From Podarcis muralis (Eukaryota), in the NCBI RefSeq assembly GCF_964188315.1, contig NC_135656.1:100564001-100628000 (forward strand): 64,000 nucleotides of DNA. Direction: 5' to 3'. Of this stretch, positions 1 to 11,764 are shown in pieces. The position numbers and the translations under genes were made by a program. The notes below the pieces were generated by a model. The model was not told where the DNA came from, did not search any database, and worked only from the letters and a program-made list of their open reading frames with translations. Numbering within the stretch: position 1 is the first letter of the stretch; every line of letters begins with the position of its first letter.

Positions 1-692
1 CCTTTCTAGCCCCTACCCCTTTTCAGGGTGAGCAGAGTGCATCCTAAATATGAGTGCTCTGAACAATGTACAGGAATAGAAGAGCCAGGCTCACTGTCAA
101 AAGTGTTACCCCCAAACTACGTGTGAAACAAGAAACTATGCAACTATTTCGCTTTTCCACCTATTCCCATTCACAAATGGAAGTGAAACACGATGGTTAT
201 GACTCTCTGCTTCTGCGGGGGACTTGTACTGCTCTCCACAGGCAGCCCTGATCTCCATTTATGTGCAGCCTACATGTTGAGCCTGATCAGAAAGATCTTT
301 AAATTTTAATGCACAGCAGCATAGGTGCTCTTGGAGTAATCACATTCCCCTCCCCGTAAAAATCCTTGAGGCAATATTCATCATGGTGAGTGCTAATGCT
401 TGCCATCTGTGCCAGTTTTATTACCCCTGTTTCAGCAGTAGCCATAGGCACAAGGTCCTCCATGAGTAACCTTGGGGTATAGTATAAGACCCCTACACCA
501 TTCGACAAGAATAAAAGCACAGTCAGGTGTTACCACTCAGAAGTAAATCCCACTGAGCTCAATGGGTCTCACCCCCAAGTGAGGCTGCAACCCTAACACC
601 ACTGACCTGGAACTAAGCCCCATTGAATTCAACAGATTCACTTCGGAGTATTTGTTGTCAGAATTGCACTGTTTATGATTGCAACATCAGAC

Positions 693-1134
693 TCGAGATG
701 AGTAAATCCGTCAATTTCTGTTTCTCTTGGTTTCTCATTTTTCCAGTTGTAAATTCAGTCCTCCACATTTAAACACCAGTTTCTGATTTATTTATTTTTA
801 AGTCCTCATGCAAATTCATCAGCAACTTAATGCAAATTTCTCCTAATATACACGAGTTCATATGCATTTTGCCTAATATACATTTTGTCCATTTTTTCCT
901 AATATAATGCATTTACCTGACTTATTTTGTTTAATATATTCATTTTTATCCACATTTTACCCCAGTATATGCATTTTTGTACATAGTACTTGACTGGAGA
1001 CCTGCATTGCAAAATTCAGGAAATTGTGCATTTTTAAGGATAACACTGTTTTGGTTCTCATATTGTTTCAGAAAGTGAGGATTTGGTAGATTTGCCTTTT
1101 AATGTTAACTGAATTTAATTTCTCCCCATCCCTA
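693..1134. mobile_element. Non-autonomous hAT (Ac-like TIR) element
   Basis: Degenerate TAGGGATG...CATCCCTA termini and an 8-bp TSD CATCAGAC/GATCAGAC (685-692, 1135-1142). AT-rich interior. A related inverted copy lies at about 45459-45863. Confidence 0.7.
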
Positions 1135-1664
1135 GATCAGACCATGTTTCTCCTGTGCAATTGCATTCAGGGGCTGTAACCTATGGAGGAAACTAAAGTG
1201 TCTGAAATGGCTCAGCTCCTCTGAGTGCTGTTTTGACATCCACATTTCCCAATTATTCACATTTTAGCTGTGAGAAAACCCTGCCATTGTCCTAAGTACT
1301 CCAGGAGGCAAGACTCTAACCAGGGCCCTGTTACGATGCCTTAATAGGCAGTGAGATTCATACAGGAGGATGTACCATAAGACTGCATTGTGTATGCAGC
1401 TTTAATGCAAGCATGACCATGCAAGAAAAAAGGATCTACATATTCATGAATATACTTCTCCAGAAATACTTTTGCCAGTTTAACAGATTTACCAGCACTG
1501 TGGTACTGTTACTGCAGGGATGCCATGTAAGACACTGGGCAGAAACAGCATGGTCACAGCACTAATGAGGGAGAGAAGAGATATATAAACAAGGGCAGGC
1601 AAAGTACTTCACAGAGTGTTGCAGACAATCTTTTTCAAGATTCTTGCAAGATAGACTGTTAATG

Positions 1665-1790
1665 CTATTATTCCCATATTACAGATGGGTATGGGTTGAT
1701 AGAGAGCAGTTGATTTAACACTATTGAGTCTGTGACTAAAGCAAGGATTGAAATGAAGACTTCCTAGCTCATAATTTGCAGCATTCAATC
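1665..1790 (-). mobile_element. Old MIR/CORE-SINE fragment
   Basis: ttattcccatattacagatg... resembles the MIR core. Confidence 0.55.
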
Positions 1791-2063
1791 CCAAACAAGT
1801 GTGTCTAGGATTCCTACAACCCTGTACATGTCCAATCTAAACTAAACTAAACTAAACTAAACCTCATTGAGCTCCATGGAACTTACTGCCAGCTAAGTGT
1901 ATGTGGTGCTCTGCAATCAGTTCAGCAAAGACTTGGTAATATTGTTCTTTTAAAAATATAACTGTAGACCCTCCTCCCAAAGCCACTTAGCTCTTATGAA
2001 ATTCAATGGGACTGTTGTGACCTGCCATTTTATTTTGCAAAAGCAAACCCACACACCTTTTTA

Positions 2064-2142
2064 ATAATAATAATAATAAATTTTATTTATATCCCGCCCT
2101 CCCCAGCCGAAGCCGGGCTCAGGGCGGCTAACAACAATAAAA
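2064..2142 (-). mobile_element. LINE (L2-like) 3' terminal fragment with (TAA)n tail
   Basis: tttatttatatcccgccctccccagccgaagccgggctcagggcggctaaca is the reverse complement of 52395-52455. Confidence 0.65.
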
Positions 2143-2460
2143 CAGTACAAAAGTACAACATAAACATAAACTTTAGTCTTGGGAAGACATCATTAATATC
2201 AACTTTACTCTGCAAATCCTCTAATCAAATCTGAAATTTGTTCTAATTCGCAACGGTTATTTTTTTGTTATGCCATCAAACTGCAGCAGGAGGTGTGTTT
2301 TTCTGTGGGGTGATGCTGTGTGAACATCAGCATAAGCAGATTCCTGCTGGATCAGAGCAAGGGCTTATCTGGTCTAGTATCCTGCTTCCTTTATTGACAA
2401 ACAGGACACGAGGGCAATGGTTGCTCCCTACTACACTGGACATTTTACACTACTGAAAGC

Positions 2461-2689
2461 AGAGGGCCTTCTTGGTAGTGGTGCCCGCCTTGTGAAACGC
2501 CCTCCCACCAGACGTCAATGAAATAAACAACTATCTGACTTTTAGGAGACATCTGAAAGCAGCCCTATTTAGGGAAATTTTTAATGTTTGATGTTTTATC
2601 GTGTTTTTAATATTCTGTTAGGAGCCGCCCAGTGTGGCTGGGGAAATCCAGCCAGATGGGCGGGGAATAAATAATAAACTATTATTATT
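2461..2689 (+). mobile_element. L2-like LINE 3' end
   Basis: ...gagccgcccagtgtggctggggaaatccagccagatgggcggggaataaataataa with a (TTA)n tail. Further copies at about 18510-18560, 46590-46780, 52335-52580 and 55568-55615. Confidence 0.7.
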
Positions 2690-2769
2690 ACGCCTGAACA
2701 TCAACCTTCCACAGGGCCACCATACATGACTAGTACTCCCTTATACACACAACCTCCACGAATTTACCT

Positions 2770-2940
2770 AATTCCTCCCCCCTCCTTTAAAGCCAGCTAA
2801 ACCAGCTACTATCGCCACCAGCCCTTATAGCAGCAAATGCCACAGTGACATCCTGCACTGTGGGGACACTTGCCTTCTCTTACTTCTCCTGGATATACTC
2901 TGCCAGTCACTTTCACTGGCTGACCTGGACTTCCTAGAAT
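2770..2940 (-). mobile_element. Old CR1 3' fragment
   Basis: aatttacctaattcctcccccctcctttaaagcca... resembles the antisense CR1 3' end; highly diverged. Confidence 0.5.
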
Positions 2941-3677
2941 TGTGGGAGAAGGATCAAACTGAGCTGCAGTGCAAGTCTAACTATGTCTACTCCTATTGAA
3001 TTTAGTAGGGCTTTCTCCCAGGTAAATGGAGTTAGGATCAGGGGTGTACCAAGGGGTTGGTTAGGTTGGCCAAGGGTGCATTTCCAGGGGAGTGCAAAAA
3101 TTGCACCTCTGCACTCTGGCTCAGAGTGGCAAGGTGACAAAAAAAAAAAAACTTTTTGAGTTTCTTGTCCATGGTCCCTCCTGGCTTCAATACAGCTCCT
3201 TGCCAAGGGCACAACGAAGCCTAGGTATGGCTCTGATTAGGACTGTAGCTTCACCCCACAGTTGATTCACTTGCCCTTCTACTGCCCTGCTCTGATTTCT
3301 GGATTCCCTTCCGCTATCCCGATTTGCCCTTCCTTTCCCATAGACTGATCAGCCTGCAACCAGAGCGTCCCCTGCCCTTCCCCGCCCCATCGGATTTATC
3401 CCATTGCCTCCCATACTGCTACCACAACGTTCCCCTCCCCACACTTCCTCTGATCTTCACTTCTGCCCCCTAACCTTCCCTGCCGCTGTTCTCTCTCTCT
3501 CACACACACCCAACCCCTTGGCACTCTTCCTCAGCTCTGCTTGCAAACCCGCTCCACGTTTCCTTCCGCCGCCCCACCCCATCCCTCGAGGAAGCGAGGC
3601 AGGGAAGAAAAGTCAAATCAGGAAGAAGGAGAAAAGAACTCAGGGCTGGGAAATCAGAGGGGCAGCAGGAGGGTGCG

Positions 3678-3737
3678 GGAAGGAAGGAAGGAAGGAAGGA
3701 AGGAAGGAAGGAAGGAAGGAAGGAAGGAAGGAAGGAA
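3678..3737 (+). repeat. (GGAA)n microsatellite, about 15 units
   Basis: Perfect tandem GGAA just upstream of the CpG island. Confidence 0.97.
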
Positions 3738-3957
3738 GCTGGGTAAGGGCAGATGCTTCTTTGGGGGGCGTCACTTTCCCAAACAGTCATGTGCTACGCA
3801 CGCGTGCAGGGAGGGGTGGGTGAGGAGGGAAGAGGAGGAGACGGGAGCTCTGAGCCTGCGCAGACCAGGGTGGGCTGTTCTGCTTGTTGTTGCTGCTGCC
3901 GCTGTGGCCGCTGCTGCGCCGGGCGCTTTTCAATGCCTCTGCAGTTGGCTGCTTACA

Positions 3958-3978
3958 TTCAGCACCCTGGTCAGCTCC
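3958..3978 (+). promoter_or_regulatory. RE1/NRSE (REST-binding) element
   Basis: TTCAGCACCCTGGTCAGCTCC versus consensus TTCAGCACCnnGGACAGCGCC: perfect left half, canonical 2-bp spacer, two right-half mismatches. Located in the promoter of a neurosecretory gene. Confidence 0.75.
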
Positions 3979-4639
3979 TCTCGCCTTGCGGCTTTATTAT
4001 TGGCTTGACGGGAACTAAGCGGGAGAGCGAGGCGAGCGAGCGAGAGAGGCGGAGAGGAGCGCGCGCGGAGGAGCCACCATCTGCCTAGCTCTGTATTAAT
4101 AGATCGATCGCAGGAGGGGCCTCGCCTGGCCTCGCTGGAGGAGAGAGAGAGCGAGGCCAGCCGCGACGGCAGCCTTTGATCCCGACGCCTTTCTCTCTCT
4201 GTGCAGCAAGCAACCGAGCCAGTCCCGGGTAGGCAAGAGTTAAAAACCATAAACCCACGTAAGCGCTCGTTTGCTCTCGCTCGCTCTCTGTCTCTCCTGT
4301 TGGGGAGACGGCGGCGCCCTCTCGGCTGTCAGCTGCATCGGAGAGGCAGGCAGCTCGCCTCCTCGGGCACCGGCTCCCCGGCGCGACTTTTTCCCGGAGA
4401 TCGGCTGGCGCGATTCGGTGGCTGAAGTTGCAGGGAGCTGAGAGGGTGGTGGCCGAGGAGGAGAAGGACAAGACTTTATTCGGTGTGCCAGCCACCTTTC
4501 GGCGGATGAGCCGGAGGAGACTGTGAAAGGAGGGCATCTTGGAAGTGCAAGCCGGGCTTTGTGCTGCCTGCCTGCCTGCCTGCCCTCGGTCCTTTCTCCC
4601 GCTTAGAGCTGCGCGCCAAGGGCACGATCCGCCGCCAGC

Positions 4640-4993
4640 ATGTTGGACCCGTCGTCCAGCGAGGAGGAATCCGATGAGATCGTGGAAGAGGAGAGCAGCA
4701 AGGAGGTGCTGGCCCCGGCGGCTTCTGGGGCACGGCTCTCGCCGAGCCGGACCAGCGAGAGCTCGGGGGGCGGCGGGGGCTTGCAGCCCAGCAGCCGGAG
4801 CGGCAGCAGCGTCCGGCCTTCCAGCCCCAGCCCCTCGGTGGTGAGCGAGAAGGAGAAGGAAGAGCTCGAGCGGCTGCAGAAGGAGGAAGAGGAGCGCAAG
4901 AAGAAGCTGCAGCTCTACGTCTTCGTCATGAGGTGCATCGCCTACCCCTTCAACGCCAAGCAGCCCACCGACATGGCTCGGAGGCAGCAGAAG
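4640..4993 (+). CDS. CADPS: CADPS (CAPS1, calcium-dependent secretion activator 1) coding exon 1, partial CDS of 118 codons
   Basis: Translation [26 protein letters not shown]...[49 protein letters not shown] matches the CAPS1 N-terminus. [23 protein letters not shown] and VFVMRC distinguish it from CADPS2. Kozak context gccgccagcATG; phase-0 donor AAG|GTAACG at 4993/4994. The ORF-track extension to 5188 is intron read-through. Confidence 0.97.
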
Positions 4994-6624
4994 GTAACGC
5001 CTGGACGGGGAGAACAATGGAGGGCTGGCGGGCAGACCCTGCAAAGAGGCAGAGATGTCTGCGAAGGGGAGCGGGGCAGACAGGAGAAGCATCACCTGGC
5101 GCTCAGCAGAAGAGGAGGGTCAGAGCAGGGAGGTGGGAGAACAAGAGAAGCAGAGCCCCCCCAGGGACAGTTAATGCCGCACTGTTAGTTCCCCCCAAGG
5201 TTGGCAGGGGGAGACCTCTGTGGCCAGCTGACATGGGAAGGCAACCCTTCCCTGGGCAAGTTTTAGGCATCATGGCCAGCCCTCTTTCTTAATACAATAT
5301 AAAAAGTGCATGTGCAGCCATGATCTCATCCCTCTCTACAACAAAACCCTGGCAGGAGGTGCAAGCAGTCCCTGAAGCTCAGAGAAGAGAGACCTTGTCA
5401 GAGAGAGGGAGATGGCTGAGTCAGGTTTTGAACCCAGCTCCCCTTGGCCTGCGTCCAGCACCACCACAGAGGTGGGAAGTGGCCTGCTGAGCTGGAAAGG
5501 CTGGGAGTTGCCTGCAGCATTCGGATGCAGTAAGAGGAGAGGGAGCGGGAAGGACACGAGGGAGACACACATACCCAGGCCCAGGATCAAGGCGATGGGA
5601 GTACTGCTGGAAGCCAAAGGGATAGAGGAGTGGAAATGAAGCAGAAATTTGCAGGGATGGGAAGAGGAAAGTGAGAAACAAGGGCAGCACCAGAGAAGAA
5701 AGTAGGAGAGAATCCGCCCAGCATTGCTGCTTGAAGAGGGATAACCCTGACAGTGGACAAGAAGTCAGATGACCCATATCCTCTCTCTCTCTGTCTGTCT
5801 CTCTGGGCTGCTTCCCCTATGCCTTATGTAACTGCAGCTATTGCCATAAGGGGCCTTTTTTAAAAAAATAAAAATAAAAAAGTCAACACACCACAGAGAT
5901 TAAAAGCAGGCCATGTGTTTCTTGAGTCCTGAAGGGCTCCTTCACTCCGCTCTTGCACACCCCACCCCTCTAGTCCCAAGGTGACTGTTGCTGTACCCGC
6001 TGGAGAGAAGCAGCCAAGCGATTGCTCTCCAGGAGCTCTGAGCAAAGGTTACTCTGGCCCAGTTGCCTGCCGCGCTTGTGCTACTGTAAGAACCAATTAT
6101 TGCAGCAAAGCTTTTGTGTCCCTGCTGGAGGAGCCCCAGCCATAAGCCTTCTCAGTGCGGCGTTTGATGTTGAACAGGAGCATAACATGCTTCACGCTAA
6201 GTTCAGATCACTTTCTTTTTCGTGCCTGTTTTTTCTTTCTTTCTTCTACAATGCAAAAAAGCACTACAGATGAGCTCTGCATAATTCTTTTGACCAGGAG
6301 CAGGGGTACCTGCTGCACATGCACACTAAATTTTAAATCAGAGACACACCGAAAGCTACCAGGGTTTGAGTAAACTAAAAGGGGGATAAAAAGCCTTGAC
6401 TTCTCATGTACTTAGTACTCTGTTGTGATCCTAGCCTTCTGTGCACATCTATTTAAAAAGAGGTGTAATTAATCCAGCCGTTGTTATGCTGCATCCCGTA
6501 GTTGATGCATTTTCTAGTTATAGTTTAGCACTTTTAATATATGATGTGCCTCAGCACTGCTTTTCTTCTTTGGGCTTGCAAACAGCTCTGTGAAGCAGAT
6601 CACTAGAATCTAAACTTTATAGCT

Positions 6625-6730
6625 TAGAAACCGAGACTTAGAGACAGTAAGTGACTTTCCCAAGGTCAACCACTGAGTTCCTGCCAAAATAGGGATTTCC
6701 AGCCCAAGAGCAGAGTCCATCATAACTTGT
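6625..6730 (-). mobile_element. Old MIR/CORE-SINE fragment
   Basis: gaaaccgagacttagagacagtaagtgactttcccaaggtca resembles the MIR core. Confidence 0.6.
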
Positions 6731-7313
6731 TTATTTTCAAGTATGTCTAACTGTGCTGAATGGAGCATAAGATTGTAGCCTAAAGATGCAGTCCGCATTT
6801 CATGGAAGTAGATGGCAAAACTCCTACTGATTTAGTAAACCCTAGCATACACTGTACAGCCTTCGTACAGAGTATTATTAAACATTGTGCAATTAAATAA
6901 ATCGCACTCTTTGCAGTAAGCTGCTGATGGTTATGCTTATATTCCATGAATTCCAAATGAGTTATGTTTAGGAAAGGTAGTCAATTCTCCCTACTGCCCC
7001 AATTTTTGTTGTGTAAATGAAGGTCATAAACCTGAAACTCCCACTGGAATCAGCAGGGATAGTCATAAATAAGTAGTTTGTCAAATACAAACTTAAGATG
7101 ATAAAGAAAATTACTACTCCACTAAGGCCTAGCCTGGAAAACATGCTTGTGAGTAGATACCTCTATATTTCTGAATGAAACCTAGCTTGCTCTTGTGGTA
7201 TGAGGAAAGGTTCCTTTCCAGTCAAAGTGCCGGCATGACCTACACAAGATGCATTCGCCAAAGGGGCACTACAAAACTAGTATCAAACAGGTTTTATTCT
7301 TATTTATTTATTT

Positions 7314-7344
<31 letters not shown>

Positions 7345-10300
7345 GGGAGAGATTACAAGAATAAGGAGGGACACGGGGGACCCAGGTGGACTTTGAAATA
7401 GGCAATACAATTTAGCTCCCAATGAAAAGAACTGCTATTGACACTTTCAGTTATAAGGGCAGGGTCATCTATCACCTAGACAATCACAGCAAATTAGTTT
7501 GGTTTTGTGTGTTTTGTGAAGAAGACCAGATAACTCAGCTGCATCTGCCTCCCTTCTCATTCTCTATTATCTAGCTAAGCGATGCTCTCACATAGCTTTT
7601 TTAACTCTATTTGGGGGGGAAACAAAAGGCAAAGTTACATTTAGTTTATTCAAAACCTTAGAGGCAAACTTTTAAGAATGCCAAATGGCTGCACGCCTTG
7701 CCAACGGCCTTTCTAAACCAGAACGTCTCTAGGACATATTGATGGAAATGACTTTCAAAAATTCATTCAGTTTGTCGCATCACAAGGCTATTATTAGCCC
7801 ATTCGAGAAAAAGGAGGCTGGGAAAAAATTATTCAAGGGAACACAGTTTGCAGAAGGACTAACTGGAGAGTTTAGTGTGGAAGGTCAAACACTTATACAC
7901 ATGTATTAGCTATATGGGATACATTGGTGATAGTGCATATTATATTTGAATATTATTGCCTTGCGTGGTTTTAGGTTTGGGGTTGATGGTTTTTGTATCA
8001 TGCTGCTGACAGTTGTGCATTTTGTTATCCCCTCTCACTCAATGCAACATAATTTCTCCATGTTATATAAGAAGAGGGGGCTGAGAGTAGTAGGTTTCAA
8101 AAAGAAAACTTCATTTGAAGGTAGACAGGGAGCAGGTGGAAGGGGTGCTACATGGATTAGAAATATTGAGCTCTGATGTGGAAGGCATTTTTTCAAATGT
8201 CTGCTCAGCCATAATACTTTGCTGGGCCAGGCACCTTGACTTGCCACCTGTAAAATGGGAATGCTTCTGTTGTGCGAGGTTGTTGCCAAGATAAGTTTTA
8301 AAACATTGCAAGTATTGTGTGGTCTGGTGGGTGGGTGGAAATCTCTCCCCAAAAAATAGTAAATGGGGATGCAAACAACATTTAGCAAATATGAACACAT
8401 GGTGTAATCTCATACTGAGCTAAATTGCTGGCTGATCTAACCCAGTGGGATCTAATCTGGCTGAGAGTGGTTCTCCAGGGTCTGTACCCTTGGGAGCCTT
8501 TTAGGTGGAGATTCTGGGGTGGGGACTAAGGAATTTGGGACCTTGCGCAGATGATGCATATACTGTGCAATCTTTTTCTTTCTTTTTTATATAAGGGAGA
8601 AACAGTGCATAACATAGGTTTACAGCTCAATTAAGGCAACAAACTTTACTTGAAAATAATTTAACTCTCTGTACATCAGTGGTAGTATAGTGGCTTAAAC
8701 ACTTGAGTTAAACCAAGCCAGGGTCCTGAACAGTAAATGTGACACAACTGGCTAAAGCACATGGCAAAGGACATAAAACCTAATGGGGCCATATTATGAA
8801 TTAAAACAACCCACGGAAAATTTATCCGTAGAGATAAAATGAATGCATGAATGAATGAAGATGGCAGAATCAGAATAGCCCATTGACATCAAGATTCTGT
8901 CACTTATGTTGAAGCTAAGTGGGGAGTGCACTGACCAATATTCCAGAACTGCTTTTGAGTAGGAGAAGAGTTTCCATTGTCTCCCTTCAGAGTCCCCAGC
9001 TGTGTCTAAAGAATGGGTTTTAATGCATATTCTTAAATTAGCACTTCCATGGAGATTGCGTGAGATGATTCCACCTCTTGCTATTACTTAGGGAAAATTC
9101 TCCTTGTCTTCAATACATGCACTGCCTTAAGCGAGATTTGAGCCTCAAGCAAACTCATTACTGCAACAACTAATTGTAGCAAAATGATTGTGTTATGTGT
9201 TCATTTCTGTTTCGTGACTGGCTGTTTTTATGAGTGGAGGATTCGAAAGTGAATTGAGTTGAACTCATGCTCTTTCTATGACCCGCTAGTGTTGCATTCT
9301 CAACATAACTACAGTATATCTTGTTTTGGACAATCTGAATGGTATCCTCCAGATATTTGAAGAGTAGTTATGATGAGTGCACATGGTCGCTCTTTGAGAC
9401 AGATTGGTTTCAGCAAATATCTTTGCCTTCCTACATTAAGAATGACTCATTTGTTCAAGATCTTTTGGAACTGTTGACGGAGATGTCAGCATTCTGAGAC
9501 AGAGAGAATCTGAGCTTGGGTGGGGGAGGAACGGCGTGGGGGGGGGACGGGACCACACACAACTTTTAATTCCTCCACCATGCAAACTAATCAGCCTCCA
9601 GAAAAGAAAGAGGCAGTCTTTGATACACACTTGTACTGCTCTAAAGAAGAGACAGCCACTCTTGTTTTGCTTATTGATTGTGAAGCTGCTTTAGAGCTGG
9701 ATGAGCTCAGCTTCTTGTCCGTCTGGAGCAGGCAAGGGATTGTAAGACAATTGCATCAGCTGCAGTTTCATTGAAGGGATGATGAGGTATGCTAAAATGG
9801 CAATGAGAGTTGTTTACATCATTACGTGCATCAAGAGCCGAAAGGTGTTTAATTTGTCACGTTTCAAGAATTCTGAACGGAGTTGCAGCATCTGAAGTCT
9901 TCAGAGAAGCACAGTGGGCTTAGTCTCCCCATTCTGAAAAATCCTTTCTGTTGCTTTGATCCCGGCAATAGTTGTAACGGCTGAATGCTTTTATGAAAAG
10001 AGGGAGTTGCTGAGGTTAGCACAAGCAGGGAAGTTTAGTTTAGTTCCATATTGCTTTTCCACAGTAAGCTGTGTCCAAACTGCCTTTCTTCCTGAGGGTC
10101 CACATGACTCCCAAGGCAGCCACCCGTCAACACTGTCCAGACCCAGATCAGCTTAGTTTCAGCAAAGTGGTGGCCTCATGCGCATTCAAACCAGGAGTGT
10201 TGCTTCCTGTTTCAACACTTGAGGCAAAACAGGAACATGCTGCCACCACACCCACCCACACCACTGGTGCCCCACCTCTCTTATCTGTGTTGCATGGTGG

Positions 10301-11525
10301 CACCTGCAAACCCCAGCAGTGGAATTGGCTTCTGGCAAGACCTCTTGTGCTCCATGAGATCTTGTGAGATTTTGCCGAGATCTCGTGGGATTTGGGGATT
10401 AGACTGAGTTACCAAACTTGGTATGCAAGAAAGGGTATCCATGTTTTGCATAGCAAGGCATTATTCCTTGTCAGTTGCCTCCTGCACTATTTTACTGAAA
10501 TTCCCACTACTCTCTCAAGGGAAAATTTAAAAATCTGAGGAAGAAACTGAAATTGACAGATTTGCCCTTCCCTAACTATAGTCACTGGAAGTAAATATAT
10601 ATCAGTGTCCATCCCAGTGGTGAGGGAAGCTGTGACCTTAGGGCCACACAAAGTCAAATTTTAGTATAATATATGTACTTTGGATAAATGCAGGTGACAA
10701 ACTTCACCATCAGTGGAGGTAGTATTCATTCATTCATTTATTCATTAAAAGAAGGAAACAGACTTGCTTTTGTTTGTATTAGGAGTAGGCATGTTTAGGC
10801 ACATTTTCTCACACCAAATGGAAAGATAATCAAATCTAATGAGCAGGATTGGTTGCTTAGGAGTGTGATCTGTGGACTTTAGCATGCAAAAAGAGAAAAT
10901 AACATGGCACCAAAGATCTCCGTTCTCAACACAACTGTCAGCATCATCACCATCATGCTTTAAATAAATTATGCCCTTCACAAATAATTAATGAAAACAA
11001 GCTCTTGCCCAAAACCAAGTTTAGAAATGAGACAAGAGGAAAAGCACCAGGTAGGAGAGAAAAAGGATATGCAAAGAAAATTTAAAATATCTCTCAGCAA
11101 TAGATGTACTTCAGTTACTCGGATCTGCCTTCTAAGAAGAGGCTTCAGGTGGGCTGCTCAATGGCAGTCAGATTGATGACAGAAGTATTGGTCGTTCTAC
11201 AACTCTTCTGCCCTTTTGCAGTTAATGTTGCAATCCTTCAACTAGGGACACCATACTAGGAGGCATGGAGTTGCTGTGGAAGTTTCAAAGGACGGTTTGT
11301 GCCACTGCTGAATATATGTGTGACAGTAATATTTGGGGCTCAGAAAAATGTGTTCTACAAGGTCAGATTGCTTAGAGATGCTCACAGAGGGACTGGCCCA
11401 GCATTTCTTCCTGAGGTTGGGGTTCGGCTGCCCTGATGGAGTTACTTGATGGAGCTTTCAGCTCCAATATGCTCCTACTGCCTGTTTGGAGCACACTGTG
11501 GTCTGAATCGGGCAGGTGTCATCAC

Positions 11526-11764
11526 CAGTGGGGTGTAGTGGTTAAGAGCAGTGGACTTGTAATCTGGTGAACCTGGTTTGCTTCCCTGCTCCTCCACATG
11601 CAGCTGCTGGGTGACCTTGGGCTAGTCATACTTCTCTGAAATCTCTCAGCCTCACTCACCTCACAGTGTTTGTTGTGGGGGAGGAAGGGAAAGGAGAATG
11701 TTAGCCGCTTTGAGACTCCTTCGGGTAGTGATAAAGCAGGATATCAAATCCAAACTCTTCTTCT
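11526..11764 (+). mobile_element. Squam3-type (Ther1/MIR-derived) SINE
   Basis: tRNA-like head with A and B boxes (tggttaagagc, ggtttgcttccc), body shared with 39018 and 58823, and a (CTT)n tail. Confidence 0.85.

Larger units (their letters stand above)
3790..5010 (+). promoter_or_regulatory. CpG island: CADPS promoter, 5' UTR and exon 1
   Basis: Sharp rise in GC and CpG density relative to the CpG-depleted flanks. Contains an inverted CCAAT (3999-4003), a TGACG half-CRE (4006-4010) and TATTAATA (4094-4101). The exact TSS cannot be determined. Confidence 0.85.

Noticed and set aside
3404-4088. Several 96-155-aa ORFs with GRKE or PSFL repeats
   Set aside because: They are translations of the (GGAA)n repeat and the GC-rich promoter.
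4085-5095. 336-aa minus-strand ORF overlapping CADPS exon 1
   Set aside because: It is the antisense shadow of a GC-rich coding exon and CpG island (few stop codons), low complexity, with no recognisable domain.
4994-5188. Extension of the CADPS ORF to 182 aa
   Set aside because: Similarity to CAPS1 stops exactly at the GT donor after RRQQK; the remainder is intron read-through.
9370-9500. Possible C/D-box snoRNA (ATGATGA...CTGA), and a similar pattern at 9779-9878
   Set aside because: There is no terminal stem or recognisable guide sequence, and such motif pairs occur often by chance.
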